From the human T2T-CHM13v2.0 reference genome, Homo sapiens: 64,000 bases of DNA. Positions within the stretch are counted from its first letter, which is position 1. Every line of letters starts with the position of its first letter. Under the pieces are notes generated by a model. The model was not told the origin of the DNA. It did not search any database and saw only the letters and a program-made list of their open reading frames with translations. The position numbers and the translations under genes are program-made. Positions 1 through 13,957 of this stretch are shown here, one piece after another. The stretch is taken from assembly GCF_009914755.1 (NCBI RefSeq), contig NC_060940.1; one strand, written 5' to 3'.

Positions 1-1370
1 CTCCTTTAGCTCCACATTGGTATTCATAATATTCCAGAATTTTTGGTCTTTTGGAACCCACTCAACAGCATTGTGTGCAGAGACCTGTGTGAACGTAAGA
101 CTGCCATATGTGCTAACTGTGTTCACCTTATTCAGGCTCTGGATGTCCCAGATAATGATGATATCATCTGCAGAGCCACTCTAGGATTTGGTCTCTGGAT
201 GCAAAGCTTCATCATCATACTAGCATTTCTTCTAGTGTATTCTGTCACTGGAGTTGGTAAATGAGGCCCATACTTTGATGTTTTAGATGAACCGCTGAAG
301 AGTAGATCACTCATGGAATAGTTGTGACAGGTGGTGTCCTGGTGTCCCACCAGAAATTCTTTGCCCTTTAAAGTCTCTAGGGTCTTAGAATCTTAGGATC
401 CCCCTGTGTAGGTATGTGTTTTCCTGGGATATTTCATCATTCAGCTTGGGCACATCCCACAAGAGCTCTATAGTGTCTTTGCTGAGTCTTAGGATCTCAT
501 CCAATATGACAAACTTGAGGTGAACTTATTCTCCAGATGGCTTGTTTTTTCCTAGAACTTGCTCATTATGGAGCTCAGAAAGATGATCTCCTGCCCCTGC
601 TGGCCACGTGCATCTTGTAGAAATGGCCTTTTTTCTGCTACAGAATTTCCTTCTGGACCTCAAGAACTCCTTCAGGCTTCAGAGCAGCATAGCTTCAAGT
701 ATGGGTGCAGGTGCCTCTTGTAGGTGTCTGTTCCTCATAAACTTGCACCCATATTTGGAGTGTCTCCAACTACAGTCACGTTCTGAGGTACTGGAGGTTA
801 ACTTAAACACATAATTTTTCTTTTTGGTGGAGAGACACAATTCAGTCCATTGCATGCAGATAAAGGGAGGACATGGCTCATAGAGGCCTGGAATTTCCCC
901 CTGGTGGGTCTAGTGAAATGGGGAAGGGGTTGGGTGGCAAGGATATTATTGAGGAAATCAAGGATATCAAGGAAATCAAGGATATTATCAAGGAAATTGC
1001 AAAAATAAGAACCATGGACCAAATGCACCTAGCAAGGGAAATGAACATGTGAGGAGTGGGGTGGGGCTAGGGCACTATAAAAAAAAGGAAGATAGTCTAG
1101 GAACCAGTGACAAAATGTCTTGGTGAGGTCAACAAAGGAAGCAGTTGAATCGTCAAGTTGGAGGGATAGGAGCCTGTGGCTGAAGGGAGGCATGATTATT
1201 TTAGTAATTTCCCGGGTGATTTTAATAGCTTTCATGGTATATAATTTCCATGAGTGGGTTTATCTCTTTATAAATCAGACATGCTTGCCCTTTTCAAGTC
1301 TTCCAGAATGTGCCATTTTCAAGACAGTGATGATCCTCAGTATTACCTCCAACCTCAGTGAAAAGCTGCA
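1..1370 (-). pseudogene. Ancient processed pseudogene of TRAF7 (zinc-finger, coiled-coil and first WD40 repeats; continues off the window start)
   Basis: Minus-strand translation across frameshifts gives, in order: DYLP..[122 protein letters not shown]. This is colinear with recalled TRAF7 motifs ([61 protein letters not shown]). Many stops. 1-805 is strong; 1048-1370 is weaker and separated by a ~235 bp insert. Confidence 0.88.
939..999 (+). repeat. Short 9-bp tandem repeat (AAGGAAATC/AAGGATATC) in the insert within the TRAF7 retrocopy
   Basis: aaggatattattgaggaaatcaaggatatcaaggaaatcaaggatattatcaaggaaatt. Confidence 0.7.
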
Positions 1371-1374
1371 GTCC

Positions 1375-1860
1375 TCGGTGTGCCTTTGTTTGCAAGTAAC
1401 AGAGGATCATTCAAACTAGGCTACAGAAAAAAATAAAAAAGAAAAGGAAGGGCACTTTATTATATGGACTCAAAGATAGAAAATGGAAGTTAATAAGAAA
1501 TAGAGCCAGACTTCTCAAGAGGCTAGAACCAGAAATTGAAAACCCAGCAGGGACGAGACACTAGGACCAATAATCAGAAAGCCATTGAGATCCAACGTAG
1601 CTGCTCTCAGACTCTTTCTTGGAGCCATTTGGTCTTTCTGTGTGTCAGTTGCATAGAAAGCCACACGGTCCTACAAACTGGCTTTCTCCTTGTCCGAGCC
1701 AGTAAGGGATCAGCTCCATAATAGTGTCAGAGTTTGCAATTCCTTCGTTCAAGCAATAAGCAGAGAGTGACTGCCATCCATACCCTGATCGACACCTGCA
1801 GGTGTCTATGACCCAGGCAGATGTCATTTAGGTGGGACAGGGAAGGCCACAGCATTCACT
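1375..1860 (-). mobile_element. Old MaLR LTR (MLT1-type) remnant
   Basis: gtttgcaagtaacagagga..caaactaggct..actttatt resembles the reverse complement of old MLT1 3' ends. Confidence 0.35.
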
Positions 1861-2209
1861 GACAAGTCAGAATACAGTTCCCCAAATTCCTTTGAAGACT
1901 TTCCTGTCTTTCAAAACTTACTGTTAATTGTCAATGTAATAAACAGAATAATGCTGTCTTCACAAAAAAAAAAAAAAACAACAACAAGCTTTTGGTTTCT
2001 ATCTTAGCGGAAATCAGTTATTTACTGAAGTAATCATTTGGACATAAAGTCCCAAAAAGAGGTTCTTAGAATAAAAACCACCAAGGATGCTACATTTAGC
2101 ATATTCTCGTTTCTCCCTTACATTAGATAATTTTAAAGTTTAAACTTTAAAATGGTAAAGTTTTAAAGTTTCCTAATTTGTAGAAATTTCTTTCAAGAGT
2201 CAATCTGGC

Positions 2210-2370
2210 CTACTATGTGCCAGATTGATTTGTGAATTTTAGCTCATTTAATATTCACAAGATGCTTCTGTGAAATTATCCTCCATGTTAACAGATGAGG
2301 AAGCTTGTCACAAGCTACGGAGCTAGCAATCAGCAGAGCTCGTGTTGAAACCAAGTTTCAGATTCAGAAG
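2210..2370 (-). mobile_element. MIR SINE
   Basis: ctactatgtgccag..ctcatttaat..cacaa..acagatgaggaa MIR core. Confidence 0.65.
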
Positions 2371-2525
2371 ATACTAAGTGAGGAAAGCTTCTTTATGAGG
2401 AGAGGAGGTTTCTTTTTTTTTAACTTCTATTTTAGGGTCAGGGGCACATGAGTAGATTTCTGATAGAGGTAAATTGTGTGCTGCAGGATGTACAGATTTG
2501 GTGTACAAATTATTTTTTCACCTAG

Positions 2526-3074
<549 letters not shown>

Positions 3075-3255
3075 TAGTTTTTTGATGCTTACCCTCTTCC
3101 TACCCTCTGCCCTCCAGTAGGCCCAGGTGTCCATGTGCAAACATACTTGAGGTTCAGCTCCTACTTATAAGTGAGAACATGTGCTATTTGCATTTCTGTT
3201 CTTGTGTTAGTTTGCTTAGGGTAATGGCCTCTAGCTAGAGAAGCTTTTTTACTAG

Positions 3256-3420
3256 TCAGTTTTGTGAACTTGGACAAGTGATTAAACTTACTTGAGCATT
3301 AGTTTTCCCATCTTTATGGTGGATCATATGAAGAACACTATAAGGTTCATGTGAGAATTTAATGCACGTGAAAGTGCCTGTTGGGGTCTTCAAGGCAGCT
3401 TGGGTTGAGCAATAAATAGC
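3256..3420 (+). mobile_element. MIR SINE
   Basis: tgtgaacttggacaagtgattaaac..agttttcccatct..gtgagaatttaatg. Confidence 0.6.
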
Positions 3421-3827
3421 ATTCCTCTCTTCTGCCTGAGTTCTAAATAAAGACCAAGAAGTGACAGACAGAGGCAATCACGTTATCTTTATTACTGACC
3501 AAGGGCAAATGGGGAATACGGCTTAGTGTGCAACAAGTGTGTCTCTTGGCTGAATTCCCACATGAACATTAAGGTTGTTACCTACTTAGGCACAGACAGA
3601 TAACACTTGATTGGGAGAAGCCTCCCTTCATGGAGACTTGCCTAGAATAAGAATTTACTGTATGAAGGAGCAGAGGAGAAACCCTACATCCTTTGGGCAG
3701 CTTGCTGCCTAGAGGAGAAAAGACATTTTGCCCTAAATGTGACAATCAGGAAAATCACTTCATTTCTATCAGGGCAGAGTAGGCACATGGGTAGAGAGAA
3801 GCCAAGAGTATTTAAAATACACTATTT

Positions 3828-4211
3828 CATTTTTATTTTTTAATTTTACTTTAAGTTCCAGCATACATGTGCAGAATGTGCAGGTTTGTTACGTAGGTAT
3901 ACATGTACCGTGGTGGTTTGCTGCACCCATCAACCCATCATCTAGGTTTTGAACACTGAATGCATTAGTTATTTGTCCTAATGCTCTCCCTCCCCTTGCC
4001 CCGACCCTGCAACAGGCCCCGGTGTGTGATGTTCCCTTCCCTGTGTCTGTGTGTTCTCATTGTTCAACTCCCACTTACACGTGAGAACATGCAGTGTTTG
4101 GTTTTCTGCTCCTGTGTTAGTTTGCTGAGGATGATGGCTTCCAGTTTCATCCATGTCCCTGCAAAGGACATGAGCTCATTCTTTTTTATGACTGCATAAT
4201 ATTACATGGTG
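3828..4211 (-). mobile_element. L1PA 3' end with 15-bp TSD
   Basis: ttaagttccagcatacatgtgcagaatgtgcaggtttgttac.. L1PA 3'UTR; TSD TAAAATACACTATTT at 3813 and 4212. Confidence 0.92.
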
Positions 4212-4234
4212 TAAAATACACTATTTTAAAAAAT

Positions 4235-4549
<315 letters not shown>

Positions 4550-4899
4550 TAAAATACATTAAATGGGCTCTTCCACATGGAAAAAAGCCTTAGTTGAAGA
4601 GATAAACTGTTACTTTTTTATAGTGCCTGGAAGATAGTAGACAATAAAAGTTAGCTAAAAACAGAACCAAAGTGGTTATCAATGTAAGATCAGTGCACGT
4701 TTCACGATGCCACATTTACATTGCTTTTCTTTTCTTTCTTTATCCTCTTTCACCATCTTGGCTTTTGTAAATTTTATCACCCCAATGGAGATTTCTTGTT
4801 TGAAGAATCATACGATGTGTCCTGAGCCTCTGTCTTGCCCACATCTTCTGCTTACAGGTTCTCTCCTCTGCAGGGGGAGGCATCACCTGTTCTTCTCAG

Positions 4900-6197
<1,298 letters not shown>

Positions 6198-6254
6198 CAC
6201 AAATACATGAGTGAAGATTTGGTTAGGATATGAATAAATATTTATAATCACATA

Positions 6255-6560
6255 GGCTGGGCACAGTCACTCACACCTATAATCCCAGCCCTTTGAGAGG
6301 TCAAGGCAGGAGGATTGCTGGGGTCCAGGAGTTTGAGACCAGCCTGGGCAACATAGGGAGACTATGACTCTACAATAAATTTAAAAATTAGCTGTGTGTG
6401 GTGGTGCATGTCTGTGGTTCCAGCTGCTCGGGAGGCTGAGATAGGAGGATCACTTGGACCCAGGATTGTTGAGGCTGCAGTGAACCATGATGATACCATT
6501 GGACTTCAGCCTGGGTGACAGAGTGAGACCCTGTTGCAAAAATACATAAAAATAAAAATA
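6255..6560 (+). mobile_element. AluJ
   Basis: ggctgggcacagtcactcacacctataatccc..A tail. Confidence 0.93.
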
Positions 6561-7769
6561 TAGTCCCATATATCCTCTTTTTCACTCAACGTCTTCTTAC
6601 TGATCCTTTTAAGAGGATCAGGGTCTCCATCAGGGTCTTGTTCCTTAGTCAACCGGGGCTGATTCTCATCTAAAAACAAGGAAAAATTTATGGCTGCCAG
6701 TCCTCATTATTAATCCATAATAAAGAAAGTTTGTTCTCAAATGCAGAAACAAGACTTGATGCCATGAACACAGAGAGCCCCTGGGCTGGCGGAGAGGCTA
6801 GGGCCCCACTGGCTCAGAGCATCCCAGTGAATGCCACCAGGGAGGTGTCAGCTCACTTTGATGTAATTGAAAAGCACACAATGGTTCGGACTTAATTTTT
6901 CCCTGTAGTTTTGCTGACTTTGCCATTTTAGCAAAAAATAATTTATTCTAATGTGATTTGCATTGCATAAAATCATAATAAATGTTTTTAAGAACAAGGT
7001 GCTGTATATTTATGAAATCGTTGTGTTTATATGAGGAAGAGGTTTAAAATGTATTGGCATGTATTTTCTACAAACACTTATATGCAAAGCTATATACTAT
7101 GCAGCCTCGACATTAGCATACATTATTTGCATAAACCATAAACAGTGGGCAATTTCTTTGTCAAACAAAAAGTACTGATTACCTTAGAAAGGATATTAAT
7201 ATCTTTCCTTTATCCATATTTTAAAATTTTGCTGACTGTATTTTGATGATCATTTATCTTGTCTGATAGCACAATTTGCAGCAAAGACTCTCTCAATATT
7301 TCCCCAAACAAAAAATAAGGTACAGAAAAAGCAATGGCTTCTGAATGTGAATGGTCTGGGTCTGGCTGGTTGTAGAAAAGCCCCTCTTTGGCTAAGTTCG
7401 CATCCTTTATACTGGGGCATACGCCAGCTGGGCATCTGATTCACAGAGAGGTATCAGTAAATATATTTTTAAATTAAATTTCATGTTTATTTTCAGCTTC
7501 AGTTGGAGATTTGGTCCACTAAACCTAGCTAATTTCCCCTGGAAAAAAAAATAGACTGTTCAAATAATTTTCTGTGTGTTTTGCCTTAATAGCTTGAGAC
7601 CTTTGGACCGATTTCAGCTGAATTGATAGAAACCACATTGAAGTTGCATGCCCCTAAAGTTAGGATTCCGTTTTTTTATGGGAAGAAGGGAAATGACTGA
7701 TATTGATCAATTGGAAAAAGAAAGAAATCTTGGATTCTTGATCCAAGATTGATCTTGGAGTCAATCTTG

Positions 7770-7990
7770 ATCTTGGAGTCAACCAAATCTGGATTTCATG
7801 GACTGACAAGGTGACTGGGATTATGTTATTGAACGGCTCTAAACCTTTACTTTATCCATTAAGTGGCAAGAATTGTAGTATTCATACCATGGTTTGTAGT
7901 GAGGATTAAGTGAGTCAACCCATGTAAGGAACTTAGAACAGTACCTGATATATCATAAGCACTTAATAACTTTGGCTGTTGTTATCATTA
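7770..7990 (+). mobile_element. MIR SINE
   Basis: gtgaggattaagtgag..cttagaacagtacctga..taagcacttaataa. Confidence 0.7.
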
Positions 7991-8618
7991 GTACTGATGT
8001 TATTATTACTATTGCTCTATGAATTGGAGCCAGTAATGCTTGCAACATATACTTCTGTGAACATGAAGTGAGATTAAGTGCCCCACATGTGGTAGAAACT
8101 GATAGATGTACATTTTCTGCTTCTTCTCTGATGCCGTGGACAGGGGAGACTCAGTCTGCATGAGCTCCATTTTGGATATGCACCAAGGATTACTGGAAAA
8201 ACAAGAATAATTTGAAATCCAAGGAAATCAATAAGTAAAGTCACAAAGCATGTCCCAATCACAGAAAGAGTTTTAGTTCTTGCCTCAGAGACCTGAATCG
8301 TTTCCATCCCCAGGATAAGAATGTTGTAGGAGAATCCAGATAACTGGCTAGCACTTCACCCATTCATAACAAACTTGGCAATGTGTGCTGTGTGCTAGGT
8401 CTGATGAAACTAATAAGTGATGCTTGGTGGGGAAGATTAATTGGCAAATTTGAAAAAAAAATGGCCAAGATTGGTTTTCGGGGTGCATGCGAAAATCAAA
8501 ATGGGAACACATAACATTGTCAGTTCAACTGCTTTAGGAAGTAATTTACTGATCTTTAGCAAAGCTGAAGGTGTTATTTATTTTATGACCTACCACTTCT
8601 CTTAAATATAGCTTACAG

Positions 8619-8799
8619 CAATGGTTGTCAAAGGGTGGCCCCTAAACTAGCAACATCAACATCACTTGGAAATGTGTAAACATTCTTGGGTCTTATCTCA
8701 CACTTCCTAAATAAAAACTCCAGGAGGGGGCTCAGCAATCTTTGTTTTAAGAAGTCCTCTAGGTGATGTAAATTGAGTTTCAAGTTTCAGAATTACTGG
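8619..8799. mobile_element. MER5A-type hAT-Charlie MITE, inside an old L1M remnant
   Basis: caatggttgtcaaagggtgg..caacatcacttggaa..ttttaagaagtcctctaggtgat..caagtttcagaattactg. Confidence 0.7.
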
Positions 8800-9094
8800 C
8801 CTAGAGAAATTCTGGCATTGAGGTGCAAAAAGAATGATGAAAGAATGTTGGATGGGAAGTAATCTAAAGGCCCTTCACCAATGAATTGTGATATATTCTT
8901 ACAATGAACAGGACTACACGCTGCCATGGTGGTATGACAAAATCAATGTTGAGAGATGAAAAGCAAGTTGCACAAGTATCTATGTAATGTGTAGCCATTT
9001 ATAGTATAATTTAAAAATATACAAAACATGCTATATATATGTATATAGTTGCATATTGTGTAGGGATGAATATTTATAAGAAATTAGAGGAGAA

Positions 9095-9514
<420 letters not shown>

Positions 9515-9859
9515 TTATTTCTTTAGCTAAGTGATAGGTGTGTTGGTTTTCATTCTAAGATTCTTTATGCCTATTTAATGTCTAAAATGTATCATCATTA
9601 ATTAATTTTAAAAAGAGAGGCTTTCCTAAAATATGCCTCTTAAGTCTCCAGGGCAGCTTTCCTTCCCCCGTTGTTGTTTGAACATCAAAACTCCTGACTA
9701 CTTGCTAAACATCCCCTGCTAGAGGAATTGCTGAACAAACACTGCCTTGCCATATGAGTCAGTTCAATTCTGTGCATGAGCCAGAGGGCAGCTTCTCTAT
9801 TTTTTCCTGCTTTCCTACTTGTAGGCTCTTTTTATATTTCAAAGTATTGTCTCACACAT

Positions 9860-10140
9860 TTCATCCTGAAAATAACTCTGTGAGTGAGTGGGGATATTAT
9901 TATTCCTCAGTTGACAGATGATGAAAAAAAAAAATCAAGTTGGCTAACGTTGATTGAGCATTGTACCTACCATGTGCCATCAATAGAGAAAAATGCTTTA
10001 CATGCACTTCCCAGGAATCTGCTTACAGTAATCCCATTTGACAGATGAGGAAACGGAGGCATAGAGAGGTTGAGGAACTTGCTCAGGTCCAGTAAGTGGA
10101 GAAGTCAGAAGTCAAAATCAGGTCTGCATAAGGGCAATTC
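9860..10140 (-). mobile_element. Two tandem MIR fragments
   Basis: acagatgatgaaa and ccatttgacagatgaggaaacggaggcatagagaggttgaggaacttgctcagg. Confidence 0.7.
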
Positions 10141-10279
10141 TGTGCTGTTTCTTTTCACTGAAGAAAAATGTGTTGTGACTTGCCGGGGGCTGATTGGGTT
10201 TGGAAACAGATCTGCATTTTCTCTCTTATACCAAAGGGTGAGCCACACTGTTTTGTTTTTGTTTTAACCATCTCTATAA

Positions 10280-10640
10280 AAAGTCAGACTTCTTGCTTGC
10301 GAGCAACAGAAATTGACGCTGGCTCACTGAAGCAGAAGAGAACTTAGTGGGAAAATAAGGGGACTGAGGAAAGGGAAATAGGAGACCATACTTGGAAATG
10401 GACAGAAACCAAGGGCATTCCGGAGGGCTGGGTGGCGGAAATCATAGTCATGTCCAGACCAGAAGAGGAACAAGCTGGTCTCTTCTGAGTTGGGAGGTGA
10501 TCATCCTGAATTATTTTCCTACCAAGCCTACAAAACGGAAGGGCATGATGTTCCCAGGTGGCCTCCCCTCGCCAAATCAGGATATCACTAGGAAGGGGTG
10601 AAGGAGTGCTAAGGAGCCAAAATTACAAAAAAATAAATTT
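10280..10640 (-). mobile_element. Old MLT1-type LTR remnant
   Basis: cttgcttgcgagcaacagaaattgacgctggct..aagcagaa. Confidence 0.4.
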
Positions 10641-11279
10641 CTGCTGTGCCTTCTGTCTTCTTTTGGACCCCTACCCATGCATAGGGGTTCAAATGGATGA
10701 CTGCACCACATGAAGATGGACTGGGGGCCAGGCAGTCTGTGTCGTAGACATGTAGACAGGAAGTTCATATCCCTAAGCAGGCAGTCCCGTTAACCAAGGA
10801 AGGAAAGAAAGAAATACATCTTTGCTGCCTGACATCTCCCAATGGGTAATTAAAATGATGCCACTGCTGATTTTACTACATTCAAAAGTGTTTTAATTTG
10901 TATTTAGCCAGAGGCTTTTTAGCAACAGGAACATTTTTACAAATCTAACAAATAATTATAAATAAATAAAGTCTCCACTTCTGCTATTTAGGGGAATGTT
11001 TCCTTCAGGTAACACATTTATAAATCCACCCGTTTGACAATATGGAGCTAAAATAACAGTAGAGCTTGAACTGGCTGCTTAAGTGACAGTTGAAATGGCG
11101 TGTTTGTCAGCGTAGAAATGAAAAACAATATCATGCAGGGAGGTAATCTAGTCCCAGAGGCACTATGGACTATAAATGTTAAATTACAATAGACCCAGAA
11201 TATAACCTTGCATAATTCTTGAATAAAGGATATAAGGAACAGAAAACCCAAGGTAGCAAGAATTCATATTAAAGGAAGC

Positions 11280-11850
11280 CTACACAATTTATAGTTAAGG
11301 TGACTTCAGGACTATGGATATGGTACCTCCCAAAATGTACTCGACAACTGGTTCATCAGTAACACTGGCCATCGTAATGAGAAAGGACATTCAGAGAGGC
11401 ATTGTTATGTGGTTTTGTGCTCACCTCTTCTCTTGGGACTCATTTTGTCCCCAGATCTTTCCAGGTCAGTATGGGTTGAGACCAGTCATGGTTGATTTTC
11501 CAATCCGCAGTTCATGGATGATTTCCAATGGAGTTAGGCGATGGCAGATCCCCTTCTCCAGTATAACAGCTGACCTTACCTTGGGGACTAGGGTCAGCCA
11601 TGAGATTTCTGCTGCAGACGATCATTGTGTCAAAAAACTCATTGGATGCCATTCAGCTCATTCACGTTCAGAGGAATCACATGAGGATCCTGGGTGTGAA
11701 CCCACACCCACATCTTGCTTTCCTCTCATTTTGGATGAACAAGGCCCTAGGTAGGCAAACCGGGATTATGTACAGACTCAGGGGGAAGTGTTTTTTGCTG
11801 GATAAGGAATATGTGAAAAAAATGATGAGGATTATTTTCCAGAAATTTTC
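11280..11850 (+). mobile_element. CR1/L3 LINE reverse-transcriptase remnant
   Basis: GDFRTMDMVPPK (~LDFSKAFDxVPH), DNWF, LLLGLIL (~SVLGPVL), QFMDD (~KFADD), MRF, ALGRQTGIMYRLRG (~HLGRNNPMHQYRLG), in the expected order. Confidence 0.55.
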
Positions 11851-12202
11851 CAGGAACTCTTAAGGAATGAAAGAATCTTGTTTTTAAAAAGACTAGGGCA
11901 TGGGGAGAGAGCAGAGAATAAGAACGCTTTCTCATGTCAGATATGCTGACATTATAGTAGCCAAATGTCTTTAAGATGGGGAGAGCTCAGTGCCTACCTA
12001 TGGCTATCTATTTGATGGGATATGTGAATATTCCAACCAGGATAGTCCTTTGTAAGGCGCATGTTAGGGTACAGGTCCTATATAACAGATTCACTGAAGA
12101 AATATGTGTAAATCATTTTTTAAATGCACTGACAGGTCTCACTCTTTAAAAAAAAAATCCTGTTGCATATTAAATACTTCTCTTGGGACTTAAATCGTCA
12201 CT

Positions 12203-12432
12203 TTATTTATTTATTTTTTTACTTTTATTTTAGGTTCAGGGGCTACATGTGCAGCTTTGTTTTATGGGTAAATCGCATGTCACTGAGGTTGGGTGTAGGA
12301 ATGGTCCCATCACCCAGATAGTGAGCATAGTACCCGAAAGGTAGTTTTTGAACCCACCTCCCTCTCCCCCACTTCCCCCTCTTGTAGTCCGCAGTGTCTA
12401 TTGTTGCCATCTTGATGTCCATGTTTTCCCAA
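12203..12432 (-). mobile_element. L1PA (older) 3' end
   Basis: ttttaggttcaggggctacatgtgcag..cacccagatagtgagcatagtacc. Confidence 0.88.
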
Positions 12433-12459
12433 TGAATAACCACTTTAATTGAAAGGAGG

Positions 12460-12650
12460 CAGCCCAGCATGAAGGTGCAGAGAACGGACCCTGGAACCAG
12501 ATTGCCTGGGTTAGAACCCCAACTCTGCAGCTTCTCAGCTATGTAAATGTGCTTTGGTTTCCCAGATGCTAAACAGGAATACTAATAGAGAAATATGCTG
12601 GAATCGTGTATCCTACTTATTCAGTCGATATTAACGACTACCGCTGCTAT
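12460..12650 (+). mobile_element. MIR SINE
   Basis: ctggaaccagattgcctgggttagaaccccaactctg tRNA-derived head. Confidence 0.6.
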
Positions 12651-13330
12651 TTAACTACATCAAGTTTGCGAAAAGCTATCTTAGCTTTAGTGGGACTACA
12701 GTGCAGGCTTCTTCTTATCTTAGTTAGTTTTCCCAGAAGTACTTATCTGACCCGATTCATTCTCTTTATTGCATGCTCTCTCTCTCTTTCATTCAGCATT
12801 TACTTATGCACCTGCCATTTGTCAGACATATGTGGCTGGTTCTAACAAAAGGCAAAGATAATAGTTTCAGCTCTCAAGGAGCTCAGTCTAATGGCAGAAA
12901 ACCAACAAATATAGGATCGTGATTCATATTTGCAGTTCATTCTTCCATCTCTCTGTTACTGGTAAAATTTCCTCAGCATGCTATTTACCCTGGAGTCTTT
13001 GGATAATTCCACAGTGTCCTTAGTTGGCTATTTAGGATCTGGGGTGGGTTTATTTCTCACGCTCTGTCTTTAGAACACCAGTCCCTTCTAAGTCTTTTCC
13101 TAGACCCGCCCACTCTTGAGATCTATAACTGGGTTTGCGTCCTTCCAGAGAAGCTAGAATAGGTCCAGCCCACTGAGATGGCTCTTAACCACGAATCACT
13201 GCAGACTTTCAAAATAAGGCCAACACTCAGCCGAGAAAAGAGCGAAGCCCTTTTTGGGTCACTTTTTTCACTAATCCCGATGAGATGGGGGAGGTGCCAC
13301 CAGAGAATTCTCTTTTGTGATTTGCCTTCC

Positions 13331-13349
13331 CTGCCACTAGGTGTCACTG
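13331..13349 (+). promoter_or_regulatory. Candidate CTCF site
   Basis: CTGCCACTAGGTGTCACTG; one mismatch to the core CCACYAGRKGGCRC. Confidence 0.5.
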
Positions 13350-13642
13350 TTCTACATAAATAAAATGAAATCAAATCGGTCTTGGCACTGTGGAATTTGG
13401 CCTTTGGTTAAGGGGATCTGGCAGGTTTAGGGACCTCTTCATTTTGAAGTTGTCAGATAACCATCACTGCCACCTAAAGACTGGCTACAGTACAGGAACC
13501 GACCCTGAGTAAAAAGTCTTGAAATTAAAGTATCTGACATGTGTAAATCCAGGACTCTGTATATATCCTCCTTGGTATTGATCCTTTAAAAACAGATCTC
13601 TAAAGATTAACTTCTTGGAACAAAGATAATATATTTATGGAA

Positions 13643-13957
13643 TGTAGGGAGTGTATCACTTTATTATTTATGTAGCTGTTTGGGAAGATGTATCTGATTT
13701 TATGAAGACATCATGAAGAAAGCAAAGGAAATCTCACAAAGGAAGACTTGGCTGTCTTGCTGGTGACCTTCCCTTTGAAAGACAAAAGGAAGCAGAAACT
13801 CACAGAGATAACATGTGAAATCACCCATTGGATCTTCCCTTCCTCCATTTTTGTTTTAGAATATTCCCATAATTTTCTACCTTTAAGACAGTTAGTAGTG
13901 GTTTCTCAGCCATTATGCATGTTTATCAGGAAAATAAAAACATCCTCTCCACCCTCC
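13643..13957 (-). mobile_element. Polypurine tract (13957-13943) and candidate 3' LTR (13942-13643) of the Gypsy element
   Basis: Minus strand GGAGGGTGGAGAGGA|TGT just after the pol C-terminus; AATAAA at 13665-13660 followed by ..CCCTACA, giving TG..CA termini of ~300 bp. Confidence 0.4.

Noticed and set aside
3440-3780. Possible ERVL-type LTR remnant
   Set aside because: LTR-like feel, but no family or termini could be supported
11048-11754. Hydrophobic minus-strand ORF and 146-aa plus-strand ORF considered as an env gene or endogenous viral glycoprotein downstream of the Gypsy pol
   Set aside because: No fusion-protein motifs; the plus strand fits CR1/L3 RT motifs better, and the region lies beyond the candidate 3' LTR
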